A stretch of 64,000 nt of DNA from Desulfobacter sp. (GCA_028768545.1 CP054838.1:632727-696726); one strand, 5' to 3'; positions 31,794 through 42,870 are shown, numbered from the stretch's first letter. The notes: a model not told the origin generated them from the sequence alone. Program-made: numbers and translations.

Positions 31794-33244
31794 GAGGGCG
31801 TTCAAAATTCTGTGTCAGTTGAATGAAAGCTGATATACTCAGCTAAATAAGGAGAACTGACATGACCGAAGAAAACACCGAATTTGATTTTCAAAAAGCC
31901 CTTAAAGGCATCCAGGAAGGTAAACCCTTCACAGGTAAGGGCGGCGTCCTTACATCATTAATCAAAAATCTTGCTGAAGCTGCTCTTGAAGGAGAGTTGG
32001 AGTCCCATCTCGGGCAGGAAGTTTCTGCCAACCGCCGTAATGGAAAAAGCAAAAAGACCATTAAATCCCTGGATGGTAAATTTGAGCTAAAAACCCCGCG
32101 TGACAGGGCCGGAACCTTCTCTCCACAGATCGTCAAAAAACATCAGACAACGCTCAGCGATGAAATTGAAAGAAAGATAATAGCCCTTTACGGCCTGGGC
32201 ATGAGTTATAATGATATGGCTTCCCATTTACAGGAAATCTATGGACTTGAGATTTCAAATGCCACTCTGAGCACCATTACCGATAAAATCATCCATACCG
32301 TCAAAGAATGGCAGGCCAGGCCGTTGGAAAATGTGTACCCAATCGTATGGCTTGATGCCATACATTATAAAGTACGAGAAAACGGAAAGGTCGGCAGCAA
32401 AGCCGTTTACACAATTCTTGGGGTGAATATCGAGGGCCGCAAAGAGGTTCTTGGGCTGTACATATCCGAGAATGAGGGTGCGAACTTCTGGCTGCAGGTG
32501 TTAACAGACCTTTCAAACCGAGGGGTAAAAGATATCCTGATTGCCTGTGTTGATGGTCTAAAAGGTTTTCCCGAGGCCATTGAGACCATATTCCCGGACA
32601 CAGAAGTTCAACTCTGCGTAGTCCACCAGATCCGAAATTCATTGAAATACGTTGGTTCCAAAAATAAAAAGGAATTTATGGCAGATCTAAAACGTGTTTA
32701 TAAAGCGGTCAATAAGGATCTGGCCGAAGAAGAACTGGATATCTTGGAAAATAAATGGAATGACAAATACCCGATTGTGATAAAATCCTGGCGGAACAAC
32801 TGGGAACGCCTCAGTCATTTCTTTAAATATCCAGAAGAGATTCGACGGATAATATACACCACAAATACCATTGAGGCTGTGCATCGACAGTTTCGAAAAC
32901 TGACCAAAACAAAGGGATCATTCCCGAACCAGGACAGCCTGTTAAAGCTGCTTTACATGGGGATCCAGAACGCCAGTAAAAAATGGACAATGCCGATTCA
33001 AAATTGGTCACTGACAATTTCCCAGTTGGCAATTTTCTTTGAAGGCCGGCTGGATAAAGAGCTGGGAATTTGATAGGGATTTATTTACAGATGGAAAAGA
33101 TGGTTCCAGGAACTCCACTCCAGCAAAAGTCAACTCCTCCGACGTGGCTGATTGAAGGCCCATTCTCGGACCTGACTTTTACTTCCGCTGGCGCTGAGGC
33201 AGATCCGGGAACCGAAACCGTGACACAGAATTCTGAACATTCCC
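31794..33244 (+). mobile_element. IS256-family element, copy 1 (intact transposase 31862-33073), inserted in the GRE gene
   Basis: Imperfect 24-bp IRs GAGGGCGTTCAAAATTCTGTGTCA / TGACACAGAATTCTGAACATTCCC. Flanks CCAGTTCA and CCAGTTCG match at 7 of 8 positions. Mutator-type DDE motifs. Confidence 0.95.
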
Positions 33245-33746
33245 CCAGTTCGGGTCAAGAGATCCCGGGGCACGGCAGATGGCCGACAGGGTGTTGCGGG
33301 TGGTTCACCAGGGATATCAATCCAACCCCCACTACAGGGGCGGGCATTATACGGCTGGATTCTGGTCCATGTCCCAGCATGTGGCCTATGGTACCCTTTC
33401 CGGGGCCCTGCCCTCCGGAAGACGGCGGGGCAAACCCTTTACCCCGGGCCTGACCCCCTATCCAAACGCCTCAAGGAGCCTGACAGACATATTGTCAGAT
33501 GTGGCCGCCTTGGATCCCAGGCTTCTGGATAATAATATGGCCTTTAACGTGAAATTTGCCCCCAAGGCCTCGGATAAACGGGAAAAGGCCGTAGACCAGA
33601 TGTTTTCCTATGTAAAATCCTATTTTCTCCAGGGAGGCATGCAGATCCAGTTTAATGTCATTACCTCAGAAACCCTTAAGGATGCGATGAACCATCCGGA
33701 AAATTATCGAAATTTAATGGTCAGGATATCAGGGTACAATGCTTAT

Positions 33747-35269
33747 GGGCGCATTCCCATTTTCCCGGTTATACCGCTGGCACTGGATTGTGCATGTTTG
33801 CCATCTGCTTCAGGCAGTTCCAACGCCCTGCTTTATAAAATGATCGCAGCATAATCATTTTTTCTGCATTCTCCCGATACCAAAAGATGCATGGACCTTT
33901 AAGACGTAAATTCACGACTCTCCGAATCGAACTTTCAATAGCACCGCTGCCAATAGGTAAGTTCAACGCTTTTACAGTTGAAAAATTAAGCCTCAGTTCA
34001 TTGCGCACAAAATAATCCCGTTCCGTCTTGATAGCCTTACTGTTTCTGCCTCTACAAAGCTTCTGGACGGCCTGTACCACCTCAATCGCCTTTCCCTTCA
34101 GCAGAAGACCTCGCTGCTTCGATACCCAGCGTTTGCGTTCCTTGGATGACCAGGTCTTCCTTAAGCCTGCTACTGTACCCAGATGCTCAACTGCATGGTA
34201 GAAATCGAGAAGTTCATACACACGCTCAGGAGCCAAACCCAATGCTTTTAGCAGTCCGGGGATTCGATTCCAAATCCAATGTGCCCCATCTGCAACAAAC
34301 AGTATTTTGTCTGAGTTCTGAATATGAAGGGAGTTCAAATAACCCTTTAACAAGTGGAATACACCATCCGGTCCATTGAAACAGCCATCAATAAATGGTG
34401 AAAAGCTTTTTTCTTGTTTTCTATGGGCGTCCACTACATAAATGATCAAAAGCTTGGGTTCTCGCCATGCCCCACGAAATCGGGTTCTATCCTTTTGGGT
34501 TTTTGGTCCCCTTTTCTTCTCTCTGAGCCGAGTGCGGCCACCATCAGTGCTGATAACGACTCGCCGCCCTTCAAGTAAATCTCCATCATTTAATGGGATT
34601 CGGCCCGCTTGTTGTTCGGCTCGAGCCCGCTCTGCGTACCGATAGGTCAGTTTACGGATGACCTTTATACCCAACGTCATCCCACGGTCACAAAGCACTT
34701 GACGGACTTCTTCAAAAGAACTTAATAAGGCTGACCAAGAACTCACCATAGAAGCCAAAGCAGGCGAGCAGCGATCATGGATTCCAAGAAGGATTAAGCC
34801 AGCGTATGCACCTTTATATCTTTTTCCTTTTCGGCGGTCACAGGACCTTCGATAGTATCGAACATGAATATCAACCGAACTATCTGTACAAAGCTGAATC
34901 CAAACGGTCTCAAGCCCTTCGCTTTTCATCCGTCCCGGCCAATTGGACATCAATTCTTTTTCTTGGTCGACCTGTTCAGAGGAATCTACTGAGGCCTGGA
35001 TCTTTTTTTTAAAAAAAAGGCGCTTATCCGATTTGTATACTCAAGGATTTCCTGCTCCATCTGTTCTAATTCGTTAGCGTTACGAACCAAGCGATTTGGA
35101 TCTTCTTCCAGTTCTTTGAGGCATGCAAGGACTTCATCAACAGTATTACAATCTTCAACTTTCTTCATTAGCACAATCCATTTATGTTCATTTCAGCGTA
35201 ACAGAGGATATCATTCTTTTTGCTCTAAAAGACAGGCCTTTTTAAAACCGGGAAAATGGGAATGCGCCC
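33747..35269 (-). mobile_element. ISKra4/ISLre2-like element inserted just after the GRE glycyl motif
   Basis: Perfect 24-bp IRs GGGCGCATTCCCATTTTCCCGGTT and 8-bp TSD ATGCTTAT. Transposase lies in two frames; ADGAHWIW and PIGSGAIES motifs. Confidence 0.9.
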
Positions 35270-35814
35270 ATGCTTATTTTGTTCAGCTGAACAAGGATAT
35301 ACAAATGGAATTAATTCAGCGGTCTGAATACAGCCATTAAAAAGGTATGCAATCCTCGATTGCAGGCGGAAAAGGTTCTTGGCCATAACGGGCCTTGTGT
35401 TTATGGTCATAGATTTGAGCAGAGTAATCCAGCATGAAGTATTAAAGATGCTCAAGAAAGCCGCAAGATTAATGACGTCATTATTGAAAATATGTTGTTT
35501 TGTCATCATTCAGGTTTTCTGGTCTATATCATCGACAGGATTTATCCTTTGACAAAATCGGTCTTGGCAACCTGGCACGGTAAATTTTCCGGGCTTGTTT
35601 TGGTCAGGAAAGGATGACGATTGGCACTGATTTTTTCAAATTAATTTTGGGAGGATCGTCTATGGATTGGTCAACAAAAAGCAAGTTTCTACCTGTGGAA
35701 ACCATCACCAGCAAAGGGCCGAAATCAGACAGCAGGTGAAAAACCGTCAGAGCCAGTAAAAATCCCGGGGCCAGGCCGCCCTAAAAAAAGGGGGGGGTAA
35801 AAAAAGCGTTAATA

Positions 35815-36636
35815 TTATAGACGGAGGGTCTGGCCCGTGGCAATCTTTTCAGCCCCCAATTCCCGGTGAAACCGGCACAAGGCGTCAAACCCCGTACAAT
35901 GCATAGGCAAAAGGCGGTCCACAGGATGGGTTTTGAAATACTCAAGGGTTTGATCGAGCTGATCACCGGGCGCCAAAAGATGGAACCCTCCCAGGACCAT
36001 GTGAATCCGGTCCTGGGAGGTCACGGCCTTGGCGCATTCGCAGATATTGCATATTCCGGCATGGGCACAGCCGGCAATGACCACGCATCCCTGGTCGGTT
36101 TTAACGGCCAGGGCCGTATCATCTTCAAGAAAATCCGCCCTTTGTTTTCCGTTCTCCATCTTAAAAAAAGAGGTGGACCTGGATTCAAAATCATTGGACC
36201 GGGGAATTTGGCCCAAAAAATAAACCGTGGGGGTCAGCTGTCGGGGCCGGTCAGACAAGACAAGATCAAAGGAGGTTTCGATCTGCTCTCTGGAAAGGCC
36301 GATGCCGTTGTATTCCCCTGTGGGCTTGTGCCGGTCGGTAAACACGGCCGGGTGGGCAATTAATTTTGTTTTTTTAATCCGGCCCGGCAGACAGGCAAGA
36401 CCGTCGGTATGATCCCAGTGGCCGTGACTTAAGGCAATCCAGTCCAGGGTGTTCAGGTCAAGATTCAAAAGGGCTGCATTGTCGAAAAAGATCGGTGAGG
36501 GGCCGGTATCAAAAAGGATATTCTGCTCAGCCCGGATAAACAGGGAAAGGCCGTGGGCCCCTTTGAAAATCCTATCCTTAAATCCAATCACGACCTGGTC
36601 CTCACACAATACACTGATCTCAAGTTTTGTTTTCAT
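35815..36636 (-). CDS. MBL-fold metallo-hydrolase (COG1237-like)
   Basis: HGLSL, FDTG, SHGHWDHTDG, GCAHAG, GGFHL and PMHCTG motifs. Confidence 0.9.
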   Translation of the reverse strand: MKTKLEISVLCEDQVVIGFKDRIFKGAHGLSLFIRAEQNILFDTGPSPIFFDNAALLNLDLNTLDWIALSHGHWDHTDGLACLPGRIKKTKLIAHPAVFTDRHKPTGEYNGIGLSREQIETSFDLVLSDRPRQLTPTVYFLGQIPRSNDFESRSTSFFKMENGKQRADFLEDDTALAVKTDQGCVVIAGCAHAGICNICECAKAVTSQDRIHMVLGGFHLLAPGDQLDQTLEYFKTHPVDRLLPMHCTGFDALCRFHRELGAEKIATGQTLRL

Positions 36637-36720
36637 CTTTTAACTCTAGTCATTTTGTCACCCCGCATGAGGGCTGCGCCTTTTGGCTATAAATCAAATC
36701 CGGTGGGCAACGATTTTTCT

Positions 36721-37447
36721 TTACCCGATCCCGTTAAACGGGGCCATCACCCGGCCTAAAAATTGTTTTGTCCGGTCATGAACCGGTCGGGGAAAAAAGT
36801 CTTTGGCATTGTTTTTTTCCACAATCCGGCCCTGGTCCATAAAGGCAATCTCATCTGCGGCCCTGCGTGCAAACCCCATTTCATGGGTGACCACCACCAT
36901 GGTCATGCCGGACCGGGACAATCCTGCCATAACTTCAAGGACCTCTTTGATCATTTCCGGATCCAGGGCGGAGGTGGGTTCATCAAAAAGCATGACAGCA
37001 GGTTCCATGGCAAGCGCCCTTGCAATGGCGGCCCGAAAGCGTGGCCGGGTATTTGTTTGCCTGATCCGCAATTCCCACCTGGTCCAGCAGGGCCATCCCC
37101 TTTTTTTGGGCCTGGGCCTGGGACATCTTTTTAACCTTTACAGGGGCAAGGGTGATATTTTCCAATATGGTTTTGTGGGGATAGAGTTCAAAATGCTGGA
37201 ACACCATGCCGATGCGGGCACGCAAGGCATAGATATCCGTATCCCTGCCCTGGACTAAGACCTGGTCCACAAAAATTTCTCCGGACTTAAATTTTTCCAG
37301 GCCATCGATGCACCGGAGCAATGTGGATTTGCCGGATCCGCTTGGGCCGCAGATAACCAGGGTTTTACCGGCTTCAATGATGACAGAGACCTGGTCAAGG
37401 GCCTGGTAACTGCCGTATGACAGGCAAAGATTTTTGATTTCAATCAT
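36721..37447 (-). pseudogene. Polar amino acid ABC transporter ATPase (GlnQ-like), frameshifted at the signature motif
   Basis: Walker A GPSGSGKS is present. The frame breaks at LSG| and resumes as [10 protein letters not shown]...[11 protein letters not shown] in another frame. Confidence 0.88.
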
Positions 37448-38105
37448 AAGAGGCCTCCTTTGCCTTGGACCTTTGTTCCAGGTAATGACCTAAAAAAGTT
37501 CCCAGGGTGCAGATGATAAAATAAACAGATGCCGCAAACAAGTAGAGTTCAACGGACCGGGCTTCCCGAGCATCCACCAGGTTAACCCTGCGCAAAAATT
37601 CCCTAAGGCCAATAACATAGGCAAGAGACGTGTCCTGAAACACCACCACGCAATGGGTTACAAGGGCGGGAAGCATTTTGGCCAGGGCCTGGGGCAAAAT
37701 CACGTGTAAGGTTAGCTGGCCGGGCCGAAGTCCGGTTGCCAGACCGGCTTTTTTCTGACCCACGGGCACCGCCTGGATGCCCGACCGAACGATTTCTGCA
37801 AAATAGGCGGCTTCATAAAGGATAAAAGACAGAACCACCGCGGGCAGTTCCCCCAGGGACCGGCCCAAAAACACAGGCACCAGAAAATAAATCCAGAAAA
37901 TCACCAGGATCAGGGGAATGCCTCGGAAAAAATGGATATAAATACTGGCCGGATAATAAATCAGCCGAAAGGAAGACAGCCTGGCAAGACCCAGAACAAT
38001 TCCCCAGACAAGGCCGCCAGTGATGGCCATGACCGCGATTTCAAAGGTCAGAAAAAGTCCCCCGGCCATATACCCCAAATTGTCTGTGATAACGCTAAAG
38101 TCCAT
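37440..38105 (-). CDS. Polar amino acid ABC transporter permease
   Basis: FRGIPL and EAAYFAEIVRSGIQAV (EAA loop). Likely start MDFSVI. Confidence 0.88.
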   Translation of the reverse strand: MDFSVITDNLGYMAGGLFLTFEIAVMAITGGLVWGIVLGLARLSSFRLIYYPASIYIHFFRGIPLILVIFWIYFLVPVFLGRSLGELPAVVLSFILYEAAYFAEIVRSGIQAVPVGQKKAGLATGLRPGQLTLHVILPQALAKMLPALVTHCVVVFQDTSLAYVIGLREFLRRVNLVDAREARSVELYLFAASVYFIICTLGTFLGHYLEQRSKAKEASYD

Positions 38106-38116
38106 AGCCGTCAGCC

Positions 38117-38839
38117 TCATCCCCCCCGCCGGATCAGGCCGGGAACGGCCCAATGCGTTTCTATTCGCCACATCAAAAGGGCCACGCCCTGGGCAATGAC
38201 AAGGTAGCAAAGGCTGGCAGCCGTTGTGGTTTCCAGGCCATGCCAGGTAAAAGAATCAATGACATAAGCCGTATGGGTGATTTCCATAACACCGATGGTC
38301 ATGGTCAGGGCGGAATTTTTAAAACAGGTGAGAAACTCCGTGGTAAAGGCCGGGAGGATGATCCTGAAGGCATAGGGCAGGATTACGCAGCCATATACCT
38401 GAAAAGGCTTTAAGCCTGTGGCATAGGCGGCCCGGTAAAGATCCCGGGGAATGGCAAGAAGCCCTGCTCTAAATTGCTCGGCCACCCTTGAGGCCGTGTA
38501 CATGCCAAGCCCTGCAATCCCGCAAAAAAAGGCATAATCGGGAATCGTGTCATACACCCAGGCCTAGGCTGCGCGGGGCAGAACCAGAAGCGCTGCAAAA
38601 TACCAGAAAAATAACTGAACCAGAAAGGGAATATTTCTAAACACAAGGACGTATCCAAGGCCCAGTATCCTAAGCCCTTTATTGGGACAAATCCGGCAGG
38701 CCGCCAACCCGATTCCCAGGGCCACGGCCAGGCACCAGGCAGCCAGAGAAATGCTTAGGGTCGTCCAGATGCCCTTTAGCATCATGGTTCCGTAAGGCTG
38801 CTGCCAGAGGACCGACCAGTCAAAGGTATAGTTTAGCAA
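38117..38839 (-). pseudogene. Polar amino acid ABC transporter permease with an in-frame TAG
   Basis: FRNIPFLVQLF...PRAA*AWVYD...AEQFRAG. The stop at 38564-38566 is in frame with the downstream half. Confidence 0.85.
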
Positions 38840-38915
38840 AATACTCCTGTGAATTTAAAAGGGGGCAGGTTCTGCCCACCGGCTTTAGGTTTACCTTATT
38901 TTTTTGGCAAACCGC

Positions 38916-39818
38916 CTATTCAGGATAACTCAAGGATTTGAGCAACACCTTGTATTCCTCGGTCATGGGCAGAGGGACCACCCCGTCCGGTCCGAACCAT
39001 TTTGTGTACAGGGATTCAAACCTCCCGTCCTTGATCATGTGGATCAAAGAGGCATTGACAAAATCCCGCCATTCCCCCTGGCCTTCGGGCAGAATGATGC
39101 CATAGGGTTCATAGGTCAGGTATTTACCCATAATTTTCCAGTCGTCCGGATGACCGGCCTTGGACCGCATCCCGGCCAGCTGGCTGGCATCGGTGAAATA
39201 AGCATCGATTTTACCCTGCTGGAGGGCCAAAAAACCCTTGTTATGCTCTTCAAACAGGACTTTTTTGCAGGCCGGCGTCACCAGACCCTGGGCAATGGCC
39301 CGGTCCATTCCTTTTATATTGGCAGTTGAGCCAGAGCCCATGCCCACCCGTTTGCCCCCGATATCGGCAAAGGTTGAAATGGGACTGTCCTTGGGCACCA
39401 TAAGCCGGGTCCCTGTCAGAAAATAGGGAAGGGTGAAATCCACCACCTGTTCCCGGGCCAGGGTAATGGTCGTGGAACCGATGCCCATGGCCACCATGCC
39501 GTTGGTCACCATGGTAATCCGGGTTTTGGGATTCATGGGATGCTTGACCAGACGAATGGGCTTGTTAAACTTTTTTTCCAGATCTTTTACCACCTGGGTG
39601 CCCAGGTCAAGACCGAAACCCACCCAGGAACCGTCCTTATCAATGAACCCAAAAGGCACAGACCCTTCCCGGAACCCCATGTGAACTTCACCTGAGCTGC
39701 CAATGGTTTCAAGCAGATTGTCATTACCGGCAATGGCATGGTCCATGCTGCCGGTCATGCCAAGTAAAATTGCCAGGCTATAAAAGGCCCCAACGGCCGC
39801 TCTCATGATTTTTTTCAT
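38916..39818 (-). CDS. Amino acid ABC transporter substrate-binding protein (family 3)
   Basis: Signal peptide; GFREGSVPFGF, STTITLAREQVVDFTLPYF and EPYGI motifs. Confidence 0.92.
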   Translation of the reverse strand: MKKIMRAAVGAFYSLAILLGMTGSMDHAIAGNDNLLETIGSSGEVHMGFREGSVPFGFIDKDGSWVGFGLDLGTQVVKDLEKKFNKPIRLVKHPMNPKTRITMVTNGMVAMGIGSTTITLAREQVVDFTLPYFLTGTRLMVPKDSPISTFADIGGKRVGMGSGSTANIKGMDRAIAQGLVTPACKKVLFEEHNKGFLALQQGKIDAYFTDASQLAGMRSKAGHPDDWKIMGKYLTYEPYGIILPEGQGEWRDFVNASLIHMIKDGRFESLYTKWFGPDGVVPLPMTEEYKVLLKSLSYPE

Positions 39819-40457
39819 GTTTTCTCCTTTTTAAACGCTATGACACCCGCCCCAGGCGGCTTGGGCAGCAATGTCCGGTTTAACCCTCAACAAATATTGA
39901 TATTCCTTCCAAAGTTTGCCGGGAGTTTCTTATAAAAAAATATGAAAAGCCAATTGTTATATGTGATAACCTGCCAGGTCCCTATTTGAATTTTCTATAC
40001 CCCTTAAAAGAGGAAGCCGCTTATTTTCGCAGGCCACAGAACGCAATCCAGTCACAAAGTTTAAAACTATTGCCAGACTAAAAACCTGTAACAATCTGGT
40101 GCCATGCGACCCTTGTCCGACAGATATATAAAAGAAAGTCAGGCAGACTCCCCTCTGATTTTTGACAGAGGGAAAAAACCTGTGAAAACGGGTCCTATTT
40201 TTTATCCCAAAAAGATAAAAAGACCAGCTGTTTTACCTATGAATTTGATGGCAGATTCGGCCATTACACCACAAGGGTGTCATTTTGGATGAAAAATAGA
40301 GGCCGGCGGCACCTGCCCTATCCAGGTAACGGTTGCCGGCATGCCGTGGCTTCAGGCCAAGGCAGCCACGGGATTGGAGAGGTGGTGGAAAAAACAGGTG
40401 ATGAAATGCTGATATTGATGTCTGTGGTAAGGGATACTGTGTTCGGACTATGGGAAT

Positions 40458-41366
40458 TCAATGATTTGTGGGATCATACCACCATTTGGGGTCAATCAGG
40501 TTAAAAGCCTGGGTTGTGAATGGGTTGTCGATGCTGACAATGGCCCGTTGGGACAAGCGACATCTGTTTAACCCCTGCTGAGTGAATGGGTGGTGGAAAA
40601 TAAATTGTTGGAAACTGCCATCGGCCCAGGCAGCTTCCAGTCCCCTGGCGATATCTTCGTGGAGAGCGGCATTTCCTTTTTTGACATAGAAAAAGCGGCC
40701 TAGGGGATAGACAAGGGTCAGACTTTTTTCCACCATGAGTTTGGGCAAATCCTTGCCGTATTGTTCCAGGAATCCGTAGACTTCACTGACTCCTAAAGGG
40801 ATAAAATCAAACCGGCCTGCGTGGACCATGCGGAACAAATTATCGATTTTGGGTGATGCAATGACTTTGATGCCGGACTGTTCAAGTATCTTAATGTCCA
40901 CCCATTTAATGCCCTGTCCAGCTACCTTGACCTGAAGCTGATCCAGGTGTGATATCTGCGAAAATTCTTTTTCCTGATCCTGGTGGATGATAAAGACCCG
41001 CCACCCCAAAAGTCCCCTGTCGATAGGGATATAAACAGCCCAGGCCTTTTCTTCCAGGGCTCTTCCGGCACAGCCGTCCACCACCGAAAAAAGACCTTTT
41101 TTCAGATAGTTAAAGGCCCTTTCCTGGTTCACGGGATCATGTCGGAATATCAGTTTATAGGGTTTCCCGGTTTTTTTCAGGACCAGCTTCATCAACTGGT
41201 AGCCGTATCCCTTTTCTCCGGTGCCGTCAATGTTCGGAAAGACAATGGTCATGTTCGCATCACATATAACCGGTGCCATGAGAAGCATGATCACGTACAA
41301 CAAATTTTTTATGGGAACAGGGGTATATTTTTTCATCCCTTTAAATGTAAGTAAAAACCAGAACAA
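40458..41366 (-). CDS. Periplasmic-binding-protein-like hypothetical protein
   Basis: PIDRGLLGWR, GQGIKWVD, LFRMVHAGRFDF and LVYP resemble family 3 SBP-like proteins. Probable start MKKYTP at 41337. Confidence 0.65.
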   Translation of the reverse strand: MFWFLLTFKGMKKYTPVPIKNLLYVIMLLMAPVICDANMTIVFPNIDGTGEKGYGYQLMKLVLKKTGKPYKLIFRHDPVNQERAFNYLKKGLFSVVDGCAGRALEEKAWAVYIPIDRGLLGWRVFIIHQDQEKEFSQISHLDQLQVKVAGQGIKWVDIKILEQSGIKVIASPKIDNLFRMVHAGRFDFIPLGVSEVYGFLEQYGKDLPKLMVEKSLTLVYPLGRFFYVKKGNAALHEDIARGLEAAWADGSFQQFIFHHPFTQQGLNRCRLSQRAIVSIDNPFTTQAFNLIDPKWWYDPTNH

Positions 41367-41492
41367 TTACAAGAAAAAACCGGAAAGCTTATCTGCCAGG
41401 GCGTTGGGCAGGAATTCTTGAACAGGCTCAGGGATCTCGCACCTGTCCCAGCCTGTCCAGGTGAACCTCCCAAAGAAGCGGTATCATCGGCT

Positions 41493-41684
41493 TTATTGGG
41501 CTTGTTGAATTATGGGTTCAAGGGGATTTCCCTGGTCTAAGAAACGTTTAAATTCCTTTGAAATCCTTTCATCTTTTGCAACATTTTTTCAAAAAGTATG
41601 CGCCAATCTTTTTAACCTTTCAAGTTCGTCCCGGCTTAAATTTGCATCCGGGATATCTGATGCATCAAAAAGGAAGGATTGGAC
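41493..41684 (-). pseudogene. C-terminal remnant of an unidentified gene cut by IS6
   Basis: VQSFLFDASDIPDANLSRDELERLKRLAHTF*KNVAKDERISKEFKRFLDQGNPL looks protein-like, begins at the IS6 end and has one internal stop. Confidence 0.35.
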
Positions 41685-42521
41685 GGTTTTGTTGCAAAAA
41701 ATTATTAATGTCTGATACAAGTCCGTTTTGGCACTAATTTGTTTGCAGAGAGATAGTATGAAAAATGAAAACCCTTTCAAGTGGCGTCATTATGAAAAAG
41801 AAATCATCCTGTTGAATGTTCGCTGGTATCTGAGATATCAACTGAGTTACAGGAATCTGGAAGAGATGATGCAAGAACGGGGCTTGTCTGTGGATCACAG
41901 TACCATTTACCGATGGGTTCAGCGCTATGCTCCTGAAATGGAAAAGCGAAGCAGGAAGTATCTGCGGCAATCAAATGATTCTTACCGTATTGATGAAACA
42001 TATATCAAGGTGCGGGGGAAAATGAAGTATCTTTACCGAGCGGTCGATTCCCGTGGAAATACCATCGATTTTCTTCTTCGCAGCAGACGTAATATGGAAT
42101 CTGCCAAACGATTTTTTAAAAAGATGCTGCGAGCTTCCAATAGCTCCAGACCTCGGGTTCTGAGTGTTGACGGAAATCCTGCATATCCTCCGGCAGTAAA
42201 GGCTTTGAAAGAAAAAAAGCTTCTGAATAAGGACTGTATCCTAAGACAGAATAAATATCTGAACAATATTATTGAGCAAGACCACCGGTTTATCAAAAAG
42301 CTTGTCAGAGCTGGTATGGGGTTCAAGACATTTCATTCTGCCTGGCGGACGCTAAAAGGCTATGAAATTATGAACATGATCAGAAAAGGACAAGTTAAAA
42401 ATATTAGGAAGGGAGAAATTTTAAAGCAGAAAGAATTCGTCGAAAATCTGTTTTCTTATGCTGCGTAAATTTTACGCCTGAACGATCTCTTTGTCCTGGA
42501 AATATTTTTTGCAACAGAACC
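41685..42521 (+). mobile_element. IS6-family element, copy 2 (intact transposase 41728-42468)
   Basis: Both IRs present; YRIDETYIKV, YLYRAVD and NNIIEQDHR motifs. Flanks GATTGGAC and GTTTCCAG do not match. Confidence 0.96.
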
Positions 42522-42866
42522 GTTTCCAGTAAACTTATCTTTCTCATTCTCCTCAACATCTTTTTGCTGATTCTCGGAGCCATGCTGGACATATTTTCCG
42601 CCATCATCATCATGGTGCCCCTGATGCTCCCTGTGGCCCTGGAATACGGGGTAGATCCCGTCCATCTGGGCATCATCTTTCTGGCCAATATGCAGATCGG
42701 TTATTTTACCCCGCCCGTGGGTATGAACCTGTTCATTGCAGGATATCGGTTCAACAAACCCATTGTGGAAATTTACAGGGCCACCATCCCCTTTATGCTG
42801 GTCCTGCTCTTGTCCATTCTCATTATCACCTATTGGCCGGCCTTGAGTCTGTTTTTAATTTCCTGA
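42522..42866 (+). pseudogene. TRAP transporter large permease (DctM) C-terminal remnant
   Basis: LILGAMLD...GVDPVHLGII...IGYFTPPVGMNLF; 5' part lost at the IS6 end. Confidence 0.85.
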
Positions 42867-42870
42867 CCCA

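Larger units (their letters stand above)
29270..35340 (+). pseudogene. SCP2-like domain fused to a PFL-family glycyl radical enzyme, split by two IS elements (about 1026 aa when reconstructed)
   Basis: Segments 29270-31792, 33252-33746 and 35278-35340 join in frame (KVPQF|GSRDP and RISGYNAY|FVQLN...SH*). Motifs GRLDQ, GCVEP and RISGY are present. Confidence 0.9.

Noticed and set aside
33070-33453. Outward-reading ORF in the IS256 tail (MIGIYLQ...) as a rescue start for the GRE C-terminus
   Set aside because: It is out of frame with the GRE, and differences between copies change amino acids. The conservation is better explained by the hairpin.
35225-35509. 94-aa ORF after the GRE
   Set aside because: It overlaps the GRE 3' end and the IS IR in antisense and has no motifs.
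40277-40504. Small ORF overlapping the end of the SBP-like gene
   Set aside because: No motif or RBS; probably spurious.
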